64,000 nt of DNA from NCBI GenBank assembly GCA_051362555.1, contig CM120642.1, positions 22,506,001-22,570,000 of the forward strand. Reading direction: 5' to 3'. Shown here piece after piece: positions 35,201 through 48,700 of this stretch. Each line of letters begins with the position of its first letter. The stretch's first letter is position 1. The notes beneath the pieces were generated by a model. That model ran no database searches. It saw only the letters and a program-made list of their open reading frames with translations, and was not told where the DNA came from. This DNA comes from Lingula anatina. Lineage: Eukaryota; Animalia; Brachiopoda. A program made the translations under genes and the position numbers.

Positions 35201-38200
35201 GGGTCTAAATCCTTGTGAAGCTGTGTAAAACCATTTCCCGTCTATTCAATTCTTTAACAAGCATTTAATTATGGTTATCCCAAGTTGTATAAAACACTGC
35301 ATTTGAATGACTTAGGGTACTGTTGATTATTGCATGTGATGTCCATGTTATTTATGAAATTCAATTTATTTAATTAAACCACTGACACCCGTCTTGCATA
35401 CTTTTATTTAACTGAGGTAAACAATGCCTGTTACCTGTACAAGTCATATCTTAATCATCCATCTAACTGGAACTTCCTTTACCTCTTAATTAGAGGGTTA
35501 AATGGCATTCAATTCTCCTGTAGCCTTTGTCTTGCGAGTATCGAACGCACTCACGCTGGCGATATTTATCTCAGGTAAAAATCTACCTGTGCGTTAGTTT
35601 CAAAGAGCAGCTCCCGCAGACCTGGGGGTACTAGATAAAATCTGAACACCAGGTTTATCGAGGAGCTAGAGAAACAAAGGAAGAGTTTTTCCTGCACAGC
35701 TTCATAGGAATTTTAACATGGACTTGATCCAGCTTAAACCTCCAAACTAACAGGGTGACATGGGCAATTTTCACAAACAAATAATAAAACTATATTTCAG
35801 TTAGCCTCCTTTTAAATAAATATACGGTTCTGGGTAAATTAGAATATTTATTAAATCGCGAGAATATTTTTGACTTAAATGATGATTTTATTATTAATGG
35901 AAATTAAGCTGCTACTAGTATATGAGGTATATTTGCTGTGACTACGCTGTCCTTCATGTTTTGCGTTAGTCTACATTTTGCTGTACGTGCTTGTTATTTT
36001 TCAAAATCTGTACGTACAATTTTTGCAGGTCTGGTTACGCCCCTGTTATGTGATGAAAGTCTAAATTTGGCAATTAGTTCCTTAGCTTATTTAAATAGAA
36101 TTGCAGTGTAAAATTTTCAACAAGATATTGGCGCAATAGCTCTTTACTCTTTGTGGATATTTCCCCCGTCAAAGTTTGTCTAAAATTATCTTTCAATCTT
36201 TACTCTTTCAAGGACAGTAAAATGTTATCTGACATATTTTCGTGAAAACTTAATGACAAGCCAAGTGTCTCCAGTTCATTCCGTACTCAATTTTACCCAA
36301 GCAAATTTATTTCTTGAGTAGATCTTTATAGCACGGTGTTATAATACAATTTTTCGAAGAGCTGATTTAAATCAATATTAAAAAAATTGTAGCTTCATAC
36401 TTAAATGAATTGGGTATCTCCCGCTTTTCATAATATACTAAGTTATTAGTAGTGCTCTTTTTTACACCCAACATTCTTTTAAAAAATCCATTTGTGGCTT
36501 TCTTATATCCCTTACCAGGTTAAATCTCCATGCATAATTTAAACGTATGTAAAACTGCACATTTAGTAAACACATAAAATTAATGATTTCTTCCATGCTA
36601 CTTGTAGCAAACAATGCTCCTTTACCTTGATCTGCTACATGTTTTTGAGTTTGACAAAGCTTACAAATTTGCAAAAAGTTTTGCGTACAGACGCAGAATT
36701 TGCGTTTCAAGTTATAAAATGATAAATCTTTTAAATTATTTAATATTTCAGATGAAATAACCTTCAGAAACAAATCCTCAAAGCATAAACAAATTAGGAT
36801 TACGAACCTTTTTATTACAGCAGTTCCCATTTTTTCTTTAAAATACCGCTCGTTTTCTTCCACGGAAGTAATGCCTGGGCATACGCATGCTTCAAGATAC
36901 CCTGAGAGCAATTTCTTCTATTAATGTTCGCGACCGTGTTTGAACTTAATTGTTTAAATATTGATATTTAACGTCATTTACAAATACCAATAAAATAACC
37001 TCATGAAATAAATGAGATATATTGAAAAATATGAAAGCCCACCAAGACGAGTTTGATACCTGTTATTACCTGGCTTGGGAATTGCAGTGGTGCATAATTA
37101 ACAGGTTTTATTGTTAACGAGCTCTTGGTCAACTGCAATGCATTTAAAATGCATCAGCAATTAGTAAGCTTGCCAGCTGATGACAGTTAATCTAAAAGAC
37201 TATCAGCTTTTGATATGATCTAAAACACCTGAGGTGACCAAGATCTCGAGCATCGCAACTATTGTCACCGAAGTTAGTAAGTCACGGAAGACAGTCACAG
37301 ACAAAGAAAGAATTGTCAAGGAGTGCTGCAATTTTGATGAATCCCACGGCAACACACTGAGGCATAACGAAAATTGCTCAACTCCATTCAACACAACTTT
37401 CCTAAACTATTCTGTCTGTATGCACCATGCAGCTCAGTTAAGTCTCATAGACCTTTATCCTCATTGTCATCGCAGTACCACGTGACCCAGATCTGTTGCT
37501 TCATTTATGCATATTGAGGTGAGGTTTACTAAAACGCTTTTTTTCTACTAATAGATTGTTTTTATAATTCTTAAATGGCGGGGATCGATTAAAACATACC
37601 TCTAGCGTATAGATTGAGTGCTGAATCTTTAAAATTCAAGAAATGGATTTTTATGTGTCTATTGTCCTTTAAATATCAAGCTACCATATGAAAATCTGCT
37701 TCAACTTTGCACTCCACTAGTGTGTACTTCCAGTTAAAATGGCCAGGCAGCTTCACGTCTTACACCATTTGACATCCAATGATGCACATTTTCGGCACAA
37801 TCTTATGTCCTCCTGTAACCCTTTATTAAAATTAGAATATATCTTAAGGATCAGATTGATCCAACTCTGCAATCAGATTAATAAATTTAACATTCCTCCT
37901 CTAGATTACTTGTTTAATCACCAGCTTTTTTTGCATCCTACTCACCACCTGGAGAAGGCATGTCAATGTCAATCTGTTAATCTTATTGCATTTAGCAATA
38001 GTCTCAGTGGATAGATCGTTGCATGAAAGTTTCATTGGGAATGAGCCCTTACACATCGATACTTAATTCATAATAATAGAAACAGTTTTTTATATTTATC
38101 TGCCAACTTTTGAAGTAAAACACTAGCAAACCACATGGTTAGTTTTATTAAAATGATAATGTACATATGTATTGCAAGATCTGCAATGCTTCCCCCCCCC

Positions 38201-38515
38201 CCCACACCCACACAAAAACTAACACACATGCTTAATCCCTTCAACAATTTCACCACTCACTGCAATCCAAATAATGATCCCAGCAAAGCAAGCGGCCAGA
38301 AGGATAATGAGGGCTAATGGCCAGGCCTGGAATATTGCAGCACCTATGGGATTTATGTCTTCATCTTGTCTTCCTAAGTAGATGAAACCTAAAAAAAAGA
38401 CAAGTCATTTAAGTATGCTAGTTGTAATGAATAAAAAAATGAAAACATTTCCTGTTTTTTTTTAAAGAAAAAAGAGTCTTACTTGCTATTTAGAATTTCT
38501 GAGTGTGTGTGTGTG

Positions 38516-38558
<43 letters not shown>

Positions 38559-39717
38559 GAGGGGTGGGGGTAACCAATTATTGTTTTTGCAGATCTAATT
38601 ATTGATTTTATTGGTGGATTTGCATGGAGAGAGAGCTAAAGGACAGAAAAAATCCTTAATTTTTAATGACAGGATGACTTTTCAAACAGGTTAATATACA
38701 GGGCCCGGTTGCACCAACAGGGCGTAAATTTACTTGGCTACGACTGTCGTAAACCGCAACGCCTGGCATCCGTGCGCCAGGTTTACTCTCCCTGATTGTC
38801 TTAACTATGCCTGAGTAATGCTCCATTGCGTCACTGGCCAACAATAAGTGGATGGTATAATTGGGCAAATGAGGAGTTCTCAGCTGCAGTCATAATGGAA
38901 TGATGACATAAATAAACACAAAAGGAATATTTCAGTAACGGAGAAACTCATAAGCTACATTATTCCATTTTGATTTAGAAATAAGAACATTAAAATATGT
39001 TAACATTGCTGTGGCCTTGGATATATAGCAATAAAATGGTAAATATATTCCGAATCAAAGTATTATTATAGTATGCTACTATAGTATGCTGTTGTAAATG
39101 AGAAAAAACGCGATGGAGGCAGTATGTATTCCTATTAATATATTTGAACACCTTCACATTTGTTTCTGAAACGTTTTAGCCTGAAAATAATGCAAACATT
39201 GCACCTTTAATGCCAACATTGCTTTTTTTTCAAAATTTTACAATGGTGTCGACAATTTTATGACCTTGTTTCTATGGTTACACTGTGAGGTATCATTTAA
39301 TTCAATCGAGCTTACATCATGTAGATAAAGACTGCATTCACAACGAGTTGAGCCAGGCTTTACAAATCCTGGGGACTAAATATGGTGGACGTTCATGAAA
39401 GAAAACCTCCTAATCTTTTAATAGTCTCTCCGCCTCTCACACTCCTCTCCATGCGTCGTCCCTGCGGGGGTACAGTCATTAAATTTCGGCTCCATTGGGA
39501 CGACACATGGGGAGGCGTGTGAGAGGCGGAGAGACTATTAAAAGATTAGGTGTTTTTTCTTCCATGTACGTCCACCATATTTAGTCCCCAGGATTTGTAA
39601 AGCCTGGCTCAACTCGTTGTGAATGCGATCTAAGAAATACAATAGACCTAATACATTTTATGTGAGCTTTAAAATGTTGATATCCTAAGCTTTCGTCTCT
39701 ATGTTTATATATAGTAA

Positions 39718-39779
<62 letters not shown>

Positions 39780-42700
39780 GTTTAAAAACCAACTATACAG
39801 ACGGAAGTTTTGTGGAAGAAACAAACAAATAACAACTCACATTTTCTATGTTAACTACGATAATTGCCATCAAACGCTCTCTGTGACAGCCTAGCTATAG
39901 TGGAAAACGAGCTACGACCGACTTACACCACCTAGCTGGCAGGTGTAAATTTACGACTAAGTTAAGACTGACGTAAACACTATTCCAGTTTGGTGCAACT
40001 GGCTTTTCTCGGGCATAGCATTTTGTGCCTGGTTTATGCCGGCGCAACTGCTACGCCTCACTTATGACCGGTTGGTGCAACCGGGCCCAGAAGAATATAA
40101 GGCATACAAATATTACAGTAAAGGAGGAAACCTTTCCATGTGGATGGGTTTCAGCCAAATGTTGATGTGAGAGATAACATGAAACTTAAGTCAACATTGG
40201 GCTTACACCAGAGACTATACCCGACCCAAGACTTTTCCTCACCTGGTGACTTGATCAGAGGGACAAACAGCACATCATCATCTGGCAACTGAAATACCTG
40301 TTCAGCCACACTCCTCCTCATTGGAACTGCTATAGTCTCATTAGTCCACTCTTGTAACACACTGTACTGGTCTGACCCCTGGTGGCAATAAGTCACAGTA
40401 ACATTTCCATAGCATTTATTCATGACTTGGTCAATAAGAGATGCCAGTAGGCCTTTCATCTCTTTGTCTTCGTCATCTTCCAAGTGTATCAAGGGTGGCA
40501 GGTCATACCATATTGCACTCACTGTGATGTTGTCCTTCACATATTTTGCACAAGAGTTGTCATCATCATGGCTGTTCCTTCCATGCATTATTGGAATAGT
40601 AAGAATCAAAATGTGGCAAAACAAAACTGGGCTGATATCAAGCTTCATCATATAATACCCTTTGAGTTTTATCTTTTTTATGAGTGCATACAATCCTTTT
40701 TGTGAATTAAATAACTTCCTCTTGCAGTTTCACATGTGTTATTGAATTTTTAAAATACCATTAAAATGATATTTGTCCTATGTTGAAAGTGATATGTCCT
40801 TGCCTACTGAATGTGACTTATTTGTTGACTGGATTTTGTTGTATTCCATTTTTGGAAATGAAACATATTCCAGTATCCTAGGTTTGTTTTAACTCTTGCA
40901 TATGACAATCTTTTCATCTAACTTTTCATGGGAAATTTAGTGGTGTAACTTCTACTTCAGCTGTAAGAGAATATGTCGGTACATATATATATATATATTT
41001 ATGTTTTTTTGTCACTTAAAATTGAAATAGATTTTTAAATAGTTGTAACAAGGAGATTGTTTTTAACCAGTCCATGCCCCAGTTGATCAGATTGATGACT
41101 ACAGTTTGGCTGCACAGTTTGATACTTGGTTAATACTTGTGCAGTTATCACAACCAAAACATCCCTTGGGTAACCCCTCTAAAACCTGTACTGTAGCTTA
41201 CCTAAATGCCTATATTATATATACACTTCAAAATTAAAAAAAAAAAAAATCTGTTTAATTCATGACCACCTGGCAGTGAGAAATAAGAGTAAGATAACAG
41301 AAAAATGGGTGGGTCTTTATTCAATACCAAGCTTCCAAGAACAGAATACAATAGCGAAAATTCATTTAGTGGTCAAATGTTTCCATACACAACCAAATTT
41401 TTAATACATGTGATTTATCATTGAAAAACAAACAATAAGATTGGGAATTGGATCAAACAATATAATTCTGAAATCTACCATTCCTACTGTGCATTCAAAA
41501 GATTATTATAACTGTGATGGCTCAATAAGACTGGTGCAATCCATCAGTCAGGTAAATTGTTTTCAAAATGTGATTTTTTCTTTGGCTAACATTTACAACA
41601 TTGTCGTTACACTTTCATTGTTTTTAAGAGACTCTCATAAATGTGGAAAAACAATTAAACCATAAATATGTGGTTTATGTAATAATTGCTGGAATATATC
41701 AAATTGGCAGAACAGTATGGATACACTATTGAAGTCTGATACTGCAAGATCATAACTAATATCTCAAGCTGCAAGGGTTTTATTAATAATAGTCAATATT
41801 ACCCCTGCTCAAGGAGGCATGCTAGGCAATTAAGAAGCTGGTTACACTGAAAGCACTAATTTTAACATAATTAGCAAGTAGCACAGAAGAGTTAGATCGA
41901 TCCAGCTAGTATGATGGGTTTATGGAAATTAATTAAGGCAGTCCTAGGTAAAAAGCTTATATCTGGCCAAAAATTACGATCTTGTAATTTGGATGTGTAA
42001 CTATCATCATTTTATTTGGAAGCTATGTTTAGTTAGTAGAGCAAGGACTCTATAAGCTGTATTTATGATCCTGAAATTATATAAACACACACAGACACAC
42101 ACACACACACACACACACCAGGATCATTGACCTACAAGGTATAAATAAATGTGTTTCCACAGTGTGTATGTTTGCCCTCCCCCTTATACATTCTCTTTTG
42201 TGAAGATTTAAGCTGTATGTGTAGTTAAATCTAAACAAGCACACCAACTTAATATATGTAACTGTTTCCAGTTCACATCATGATCAGTTCACACATGAGT
42301 AAGTTAGTCACAGACTATAGTCTGCCGAATACTCACCTTGTTAGGGGTGTTTCTAAAACTCCTTCTCTATAATAATACAAGAATACACTTATCTCTATCT
42401 GCGGTCCCATTGGCTTTGTGGCTCTATCACTGTTATCATTGTGTATGCATACAAGTCCCTGTGCATCATGTGATTAAAGATGTCAAATGAAGTACACTGT
42501 ATGTCTTTGCTGATTGGTAAATAATTTATGCTTCAGATTACTACCGGGAGAGTGAGTACAAGTCTTAGTTGGTCAAAGGAGCACTACATATCAGTTGCAT
42601 ATAAAGATTTATCAAGAACTGAGTTTGCTAGATTGATCTTGTTAGAACAATTTATGTAAAGTGATGGTTGTTGTTACTTATTAACCCATTCATGTTAGGT

Positions 42701-45700
42701 CTTATTATAACTGTAAAGTAAATTTTACAGACATTTTGGAGTTGTTGCTGGTTCATGGCTACTAAAATGTATACTAATGATTGCTTTCACGTCCAACCTT
42801 AGTGATGTATATTTGATGTATATTTAGGCTACTTGGCAATTGTAATAAAGAAAGTTACAGTGTAGTAATAACCATTGCAGATCCCCCAGTTGATATCTAT
42901 GGCAATGCCTTGGTTCATTATGTATATACGGGCTTATTATTATCACTGGAAAGAAGTTTTGGTCTTGTTACTTCTAAATTTTTAGATTTCAAGGTATGTT
43001 GGTCAGTTGGATTGTTTGTTTGTTTGTTTGTCTGTTTGCACTCTACAGATCACAATTTTTATCATATATCACTTCTATTTTTTTCCCTGAACAGATATCC
43101 GAAAGAGCATGTGACTGAACTTTTTTGGAGTCAGTCTGAGTATTTTTTCCAGGAGAAATGGCTATATGTGCTAAAACCAAATACTCTTTCAAATTCAGGA
43201 AATGTTAAAGCTAGGGAACTCGTGTTTTGTGTTTTGTAGAGAAGTCAAGGACCACACTGGAGGTTGTGTTGTTTTTATGTATAGACACAGACGTCATCAC
43301 TGTCGTCATCAGTATCATCACCTTCATTCAGTGTTATAATGATAAGTGAAAAATATTTGCCCTTTTGTTTTCAAACTTACAGAACTGATGAATATTCATA
43401 AAATGCTGCTTAATTGGAAAACAAGGTTAATACAGAGATAGTCCAAATCATTCAATCTATGTATAAACAATTGAAGTCAAGTATACAGATGAAAGATGGT
43501 ATATCTGATTATTTTGATTGTACCATAGGCACCAAACAAGGCTGCATGTTAAGTCCATTTATGTTTTCTCTATTTCTAAATAAATTTGTATATATGTTAA
43601 GAAATGATGAAAACTGTAAAGGCTTTTTCGTAATTGAAGATGCACCTAACATCTCATATTTGCTCTTTGCAGATGATGCAGTAGAGATAAGTGACACGGT
43701 CGGTAGCTTGCAAAAGCTTATAGTAAAACTAGAAAATTTCTGCAAAAAATATGGCATGATGATCAACATAGATAAAACAAAAATTATCATATTTAGATGA
43801 GGTGGTTATTTAAATAAACATGAAAGATGATTCCTAAATAATGAGGTAGAAATTGTTAGCCACTATAAGTACCTAGGGCTGATATTATCAGCTTTTTTGC
43901 CCTGGAGCAAAGCTAAGAGTACCCTAGCACAGCAAGGAGAGAAAACCATGAATATTCTGATATACTTTATCAGAAAATTTGACGTGCCTTTGACTCAGTC
44001 GCTATATTTGTTTGATCATGTTGTTGTACCAACTCTGTGCTATGGAGCTGAAATTTGGGGCTTCGAGAAATGTGATCAAATAGAAATAGTTCAACATAAA
44101 TTCTGTTAAAAATTATTGGGGCTGAGTTCAAGGACATCAAACGTCATGGTCCTCGGAGAACCTGGTAGATTACCATTGTATCCAGTTTACACTATACAAT
44201 GTATTAAGTATTGGCTGAAATCGATTAGGATGGAACCAGAGAGGTACCCCAGAGCTTGCTATAATATGTTGTGTACACTAGATGAACATGGAAAGACTAA
44301 CTGGGTGACTAAAGTGAAACAAATAATTAATATGTATGGTTTTGGTTATGCATGGATAGCACAAGATATGGGTGATATAAATACCTTTGTAAGCCAATTT
44401 TTACTAAGGCTGAAGGACTGCGCTAGACAAAATTGGGTTGAAAACATACAAAATAGTCCAAAACTTTGTGAAAACTATGCATTGTTTAAGAGTTTGTTAG
44501 AACCCGAAAAATATTTATTTGATGTAAATATTAGGAAGTACAGAGTAGCATTTACAAAATTCAGAGCTTCAAATCAGAGACTTGCAATAGAAACTGGTAG
44601 ACATGAAAATTTACAAAAAGTAGATAGGTTGTGTAAATATTGCTTAGAGAAATATATTTCCGAAATTGAAGATGAGAAGCATTTTTTTACTAGTTTGTTT
44701 ACGTTATGAGGAATCGAGAGCTCAGTACATTCCTAATTTGAATACTAACAATACATCTTCAAATTGTTATATTTCTATGATGAAAACAAAAAATCCTGAT
44801 GCTCTGAACAACCTTGCTAGATTTATTTATCATGGTTTGAATGCTAGAGAAAACTGATGCAAAATGTCGAACTGTAACTTTGTGATGTATTTGCTATGGG
44901 CCGGTGTCCTTTATCAATTGAATTGCTTAATTGGACCATTTTCCGTAAGTAATGCCCTTTTTTATTTTTTGTTTTTTTTTTTTGCTTTTTTTTCAGAATA
45001 TTTTATCCACCATTATACAAATACAATGAAAACCGTTTGCCTTTTGTCTGCAAATTTACAAAACTGATGAATATTCATAAAATACAGGTCAAGTTTGATA
45101 ATCAGTTTGATAGGACAATTTTTCCATAAATTATGCTTTTTTTGTTTCTTTCAGCATATTTAATCCAATAATACAAATAATGTGAAAACTGTTGAAATTT
45201 TAATTAAAACTTGCAGGACTAATTCATAGGACTAATGCATAGATCAGGTTTGAAATTATCTTGTTTATCTTGTTTAGTTTTGATGAAGTTATACTGTTTT
45301 TTAGTAAGTGGTTTTTCCACAGATTTATTTTAAGGAATGTTAATAGTCTCATTATTGAACTAATTACAAATGTAAAAGTGTTCTTTTGACATTTTCTGCA
45401 TCTTAACAATTTTGTTAGTTGATTATATAAATTGATGGTAAATCTGTTATCATGCATTGTGTAATAAAGAGTCAAAAGTGGAAATAAATTCATATCAGTG
45501 CAGTTCGTCAACTTCAATCTTTCACTTTGTTCAAAATCACTATGTTCAATAGAACAAATTTAGCAAAATGGACAGTTATACTTGTTCTGTTGATATTTTT
45601 ACCGTGTCAACAATTTTGTTAGTTGATCATTTAACAAGGCAGCAAAACTTGTGAAAGTACAGACAAAAAGCAGAAAATATAGATGCACAAAATAGGCTTC

Positions 45701-48700
45701 TGATGCAATAATACATTATACTTAACAGCAAAGTGAACACCAAATTTTAATTATGAACAACAGGTAATACAGATGTCAGTGAAATGTGTAACTAGCATAA
45801 GGCCCATGAGAGTTTAATTAAGTTCACACTTTGAAAATGCCAGAATGAGAAAAATGAAAGTTTCACACAAAACTACATAAATTATAAAGAACAAATGACA
45901 ATCCAATCAAACTGGTTTTCCCATAGGAGCTGTATGTTAGTCCTAAGAATCATTCTTATAAGTCACATAAGTCATTTTCTTTTCATAAAGTTTGCCATGG
46001 CAGTGTACAAAGTAGTTTTTTTTTGTCATTTTTGATTCAATATTACATTATAATTTTCAGCATAATCATCACCAATTTTTAATGATCTACTAAACATAGC
46101 ATTGACATGTAGAAAATTTGATTACCATTTGGCTTCATACCCTTGGGAGTTGTAAGTCCCACAATGCCAATATGTGAAAAATGAAAATTTCATAAAGATC
46201 TACATTGCTTCCAGAAGAGAGTGCAATCAGACTGGTTTTCTAACTCAGTCTTATGAATCTTTTCAGTAAGTTTGAGAATCATAAGTATAACATGGGTTTC
46301 CTTACATTGTCATTATGTCTAAAATAGGCAGTGTCTAAAATAGGACTTTCTTCAATTAATGCAATGTTACTTAATGTTTAACAGCAAAAAGACCATCAGT
46401 TTTTAATAATAAAGCATAATTATCATTGATATTCGGAAAATGTGACTAGCAAATGTCTTCAAGCCTATGGAAATTCAAAGTTACAACTTAAAAATGCCAA
46501 TATGTGAAGAATTATAATTTTCCAAAAAAAGTATAACTTCCAGAAAAATAAACCAATCAGACTGGTTTTTCAACTGAAGCTGTATTGAAGGTTATTGAAG
46601 GTTATGAAGGTAACCCTTCATTTTCATCCAAATACCAAAAATCAGTTTTTCCTGCATCTAATTATTCAATAATGCATCCATCTTCAGATAGTGAACTGAT
46701 ATCGATTTACAGATACTGGCACATACCAAATGTGCAATACACAGGTATATCTTGCACAGTGTAGTTGACCTTTTTAAATTTGCAGAAGGCTACCAGACTC
46801 CACTTGTCTCTGTCCTTGGTATAGGCCTGTTCTCTTTATCCATTTTCATTATAATGCATTGCTTCTAAAAGCTACCTAAATAAAAGATGAGCTTTAATTG
46901 ATTAACTGTGTGACAATTATGCTGAATTACAAAAAGCAAGAGTAATATATTTGTGTGCCAGCATTCACTGTTATCACCTTGTCATATTAATTTTAGGCAT
47001 AAAGTGGTGTTTAGTGCAGTTACAAAGTCTTCCTCCTGGGACATTCCATTGATCTTCTCCAGTTCCTATCTAATCAACATCAGCCATAGCTTGTGTGTTT
47101 TCTCTTGTCTGAACTTGAAAAATGAACACCTCCATTTCATACTCATGCAACATCTGAAAATAATAAAATTTTAAAATAGGAACTTTTCAGACATATATAA
47201 TTACCTGTTCAAATGTTTAAAACTGAGAGACAATATCATTATCAGCATTGTCATAGACAAATTATAAATGTTAGGGGAGGGGAACTTGTGACCGGCTCGC
47301 TCAAATGGTAGTCACAGTGTGTGCTCTACTTGTCATATCCCTTATATCTTAACAATTATACTGATTTGAAGGAGTGTAATTACTTACCATTGAAAGCCCT
47401 CTTTTCCTGTATGCATATCTCGATGGTTTATCACTCACAATTTCACCTGACTGCTTGGGCAATTTCTGGATTCAGAACATGTATCATTGATACAGCGTCA
47501 GGTAATCATTCTTTCTCCATATTTGTCAGTAACTTTTACTTCAGAGGGTATCACGTAACATCAAATCTCAAAGTCGTAGGGTTCCATGAAGTCTTTACTT
47601 GTTTTTGCTTCTGCTGATTGCAGGAATAAATGAAAGGACATGTTGTTTGCAGAACTGCTTGTAAATAGGTATGCTGCACAGAAGTGTCCTTTTCCCTTTC
47701 GAACTCTCCCCATTTTCGTGAAAACACGAGCAAAACTGATGTGCACACCTGTACCCATATGCTCCATAAAATGGTGGACAGAGAACATGCTCACAGGACC
47801 ACCTTCTCTGTGTCATTTCCACTTTAGCCTTGTATTCGAGGTTTTCGGGTTAGTCTTCAGGTGTGTATTTTCACAAATCCAGCGATATACTGTCCAAATC
47901 AAACACATTTAATATTTTGATCTCAGGTCATGTTTATTTGTTTATTAAGTGTCTAAAGATTATAAAAAACACCGTTACATTTCAGTCATTATGTAAAATT
48001 GCACCAATTGTACAAAAACCCTATTTTGGTCACTGCTGTCACAGCTAGTAACCATTTAAGGAAAAACAAGTCACTTACTCTTAATAATATTCATGTTTTA
48101 TTTGTTATCTTTAAAGTTGAAATTGTAACAATCTAAAAAACCAATACTTTGATTAAATAAATAATTTGGATGGCTTTGATACTCTATGACTTGTAAATGT
48201 TATTTTGCATATCAGTTTAAAAATTAATAAAAAAGTTTAAAAGGTATTATCACTAGTACAAGTAAACAGTCCATGTCACAAACTAAGCTAAATAATTTTT
48301 ACGAAAATTCAAATCCCTTGTAGTTGTGGTATGAATTGCTGTCTAATTTTCATACTGATGCAGGATGAGAGAATAACTCCAATTTCTTTCCCTGTACTCC
48401 CGATAGCCATCTGACTGTATGCATTAAACTGTGGTCTCCTGGAAATATAGATGCCTTTCATTCCCTCCTTCAATTTCTTCTTTTTCCTGTTCCGTTTCCT
48501 GTCACTTTTTTAGTCGTAGCCAGATATTTCAACAAACATTGTAAGCTTTCCTCCTCGCTATCGCCAGAGACACATTTCCAAATTGAAGCCATGTTGAAAA
48601 TATGGCCAACTTTATGATGTCACTCACCAATTAACTTAGATCTCGGCTATTTGTGCGTTATTAATTTCCACCACTCCTCCCAGACCATAGGAGTTAGATG

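Noticed and set aside
36462-36911. 149-aa ORF as a transposase
   Set aside because: It has a non-ATG start and no recognisable motifs, and the second copy of the element has indels through it.
40652-40693. ORF-track start of the 180-aa ORF
   Set aside because: The codon at 40693 is TTG. The first ATG (40651) directly precedes a signal peptide, and the ORF tail beyond 40243 is intron.
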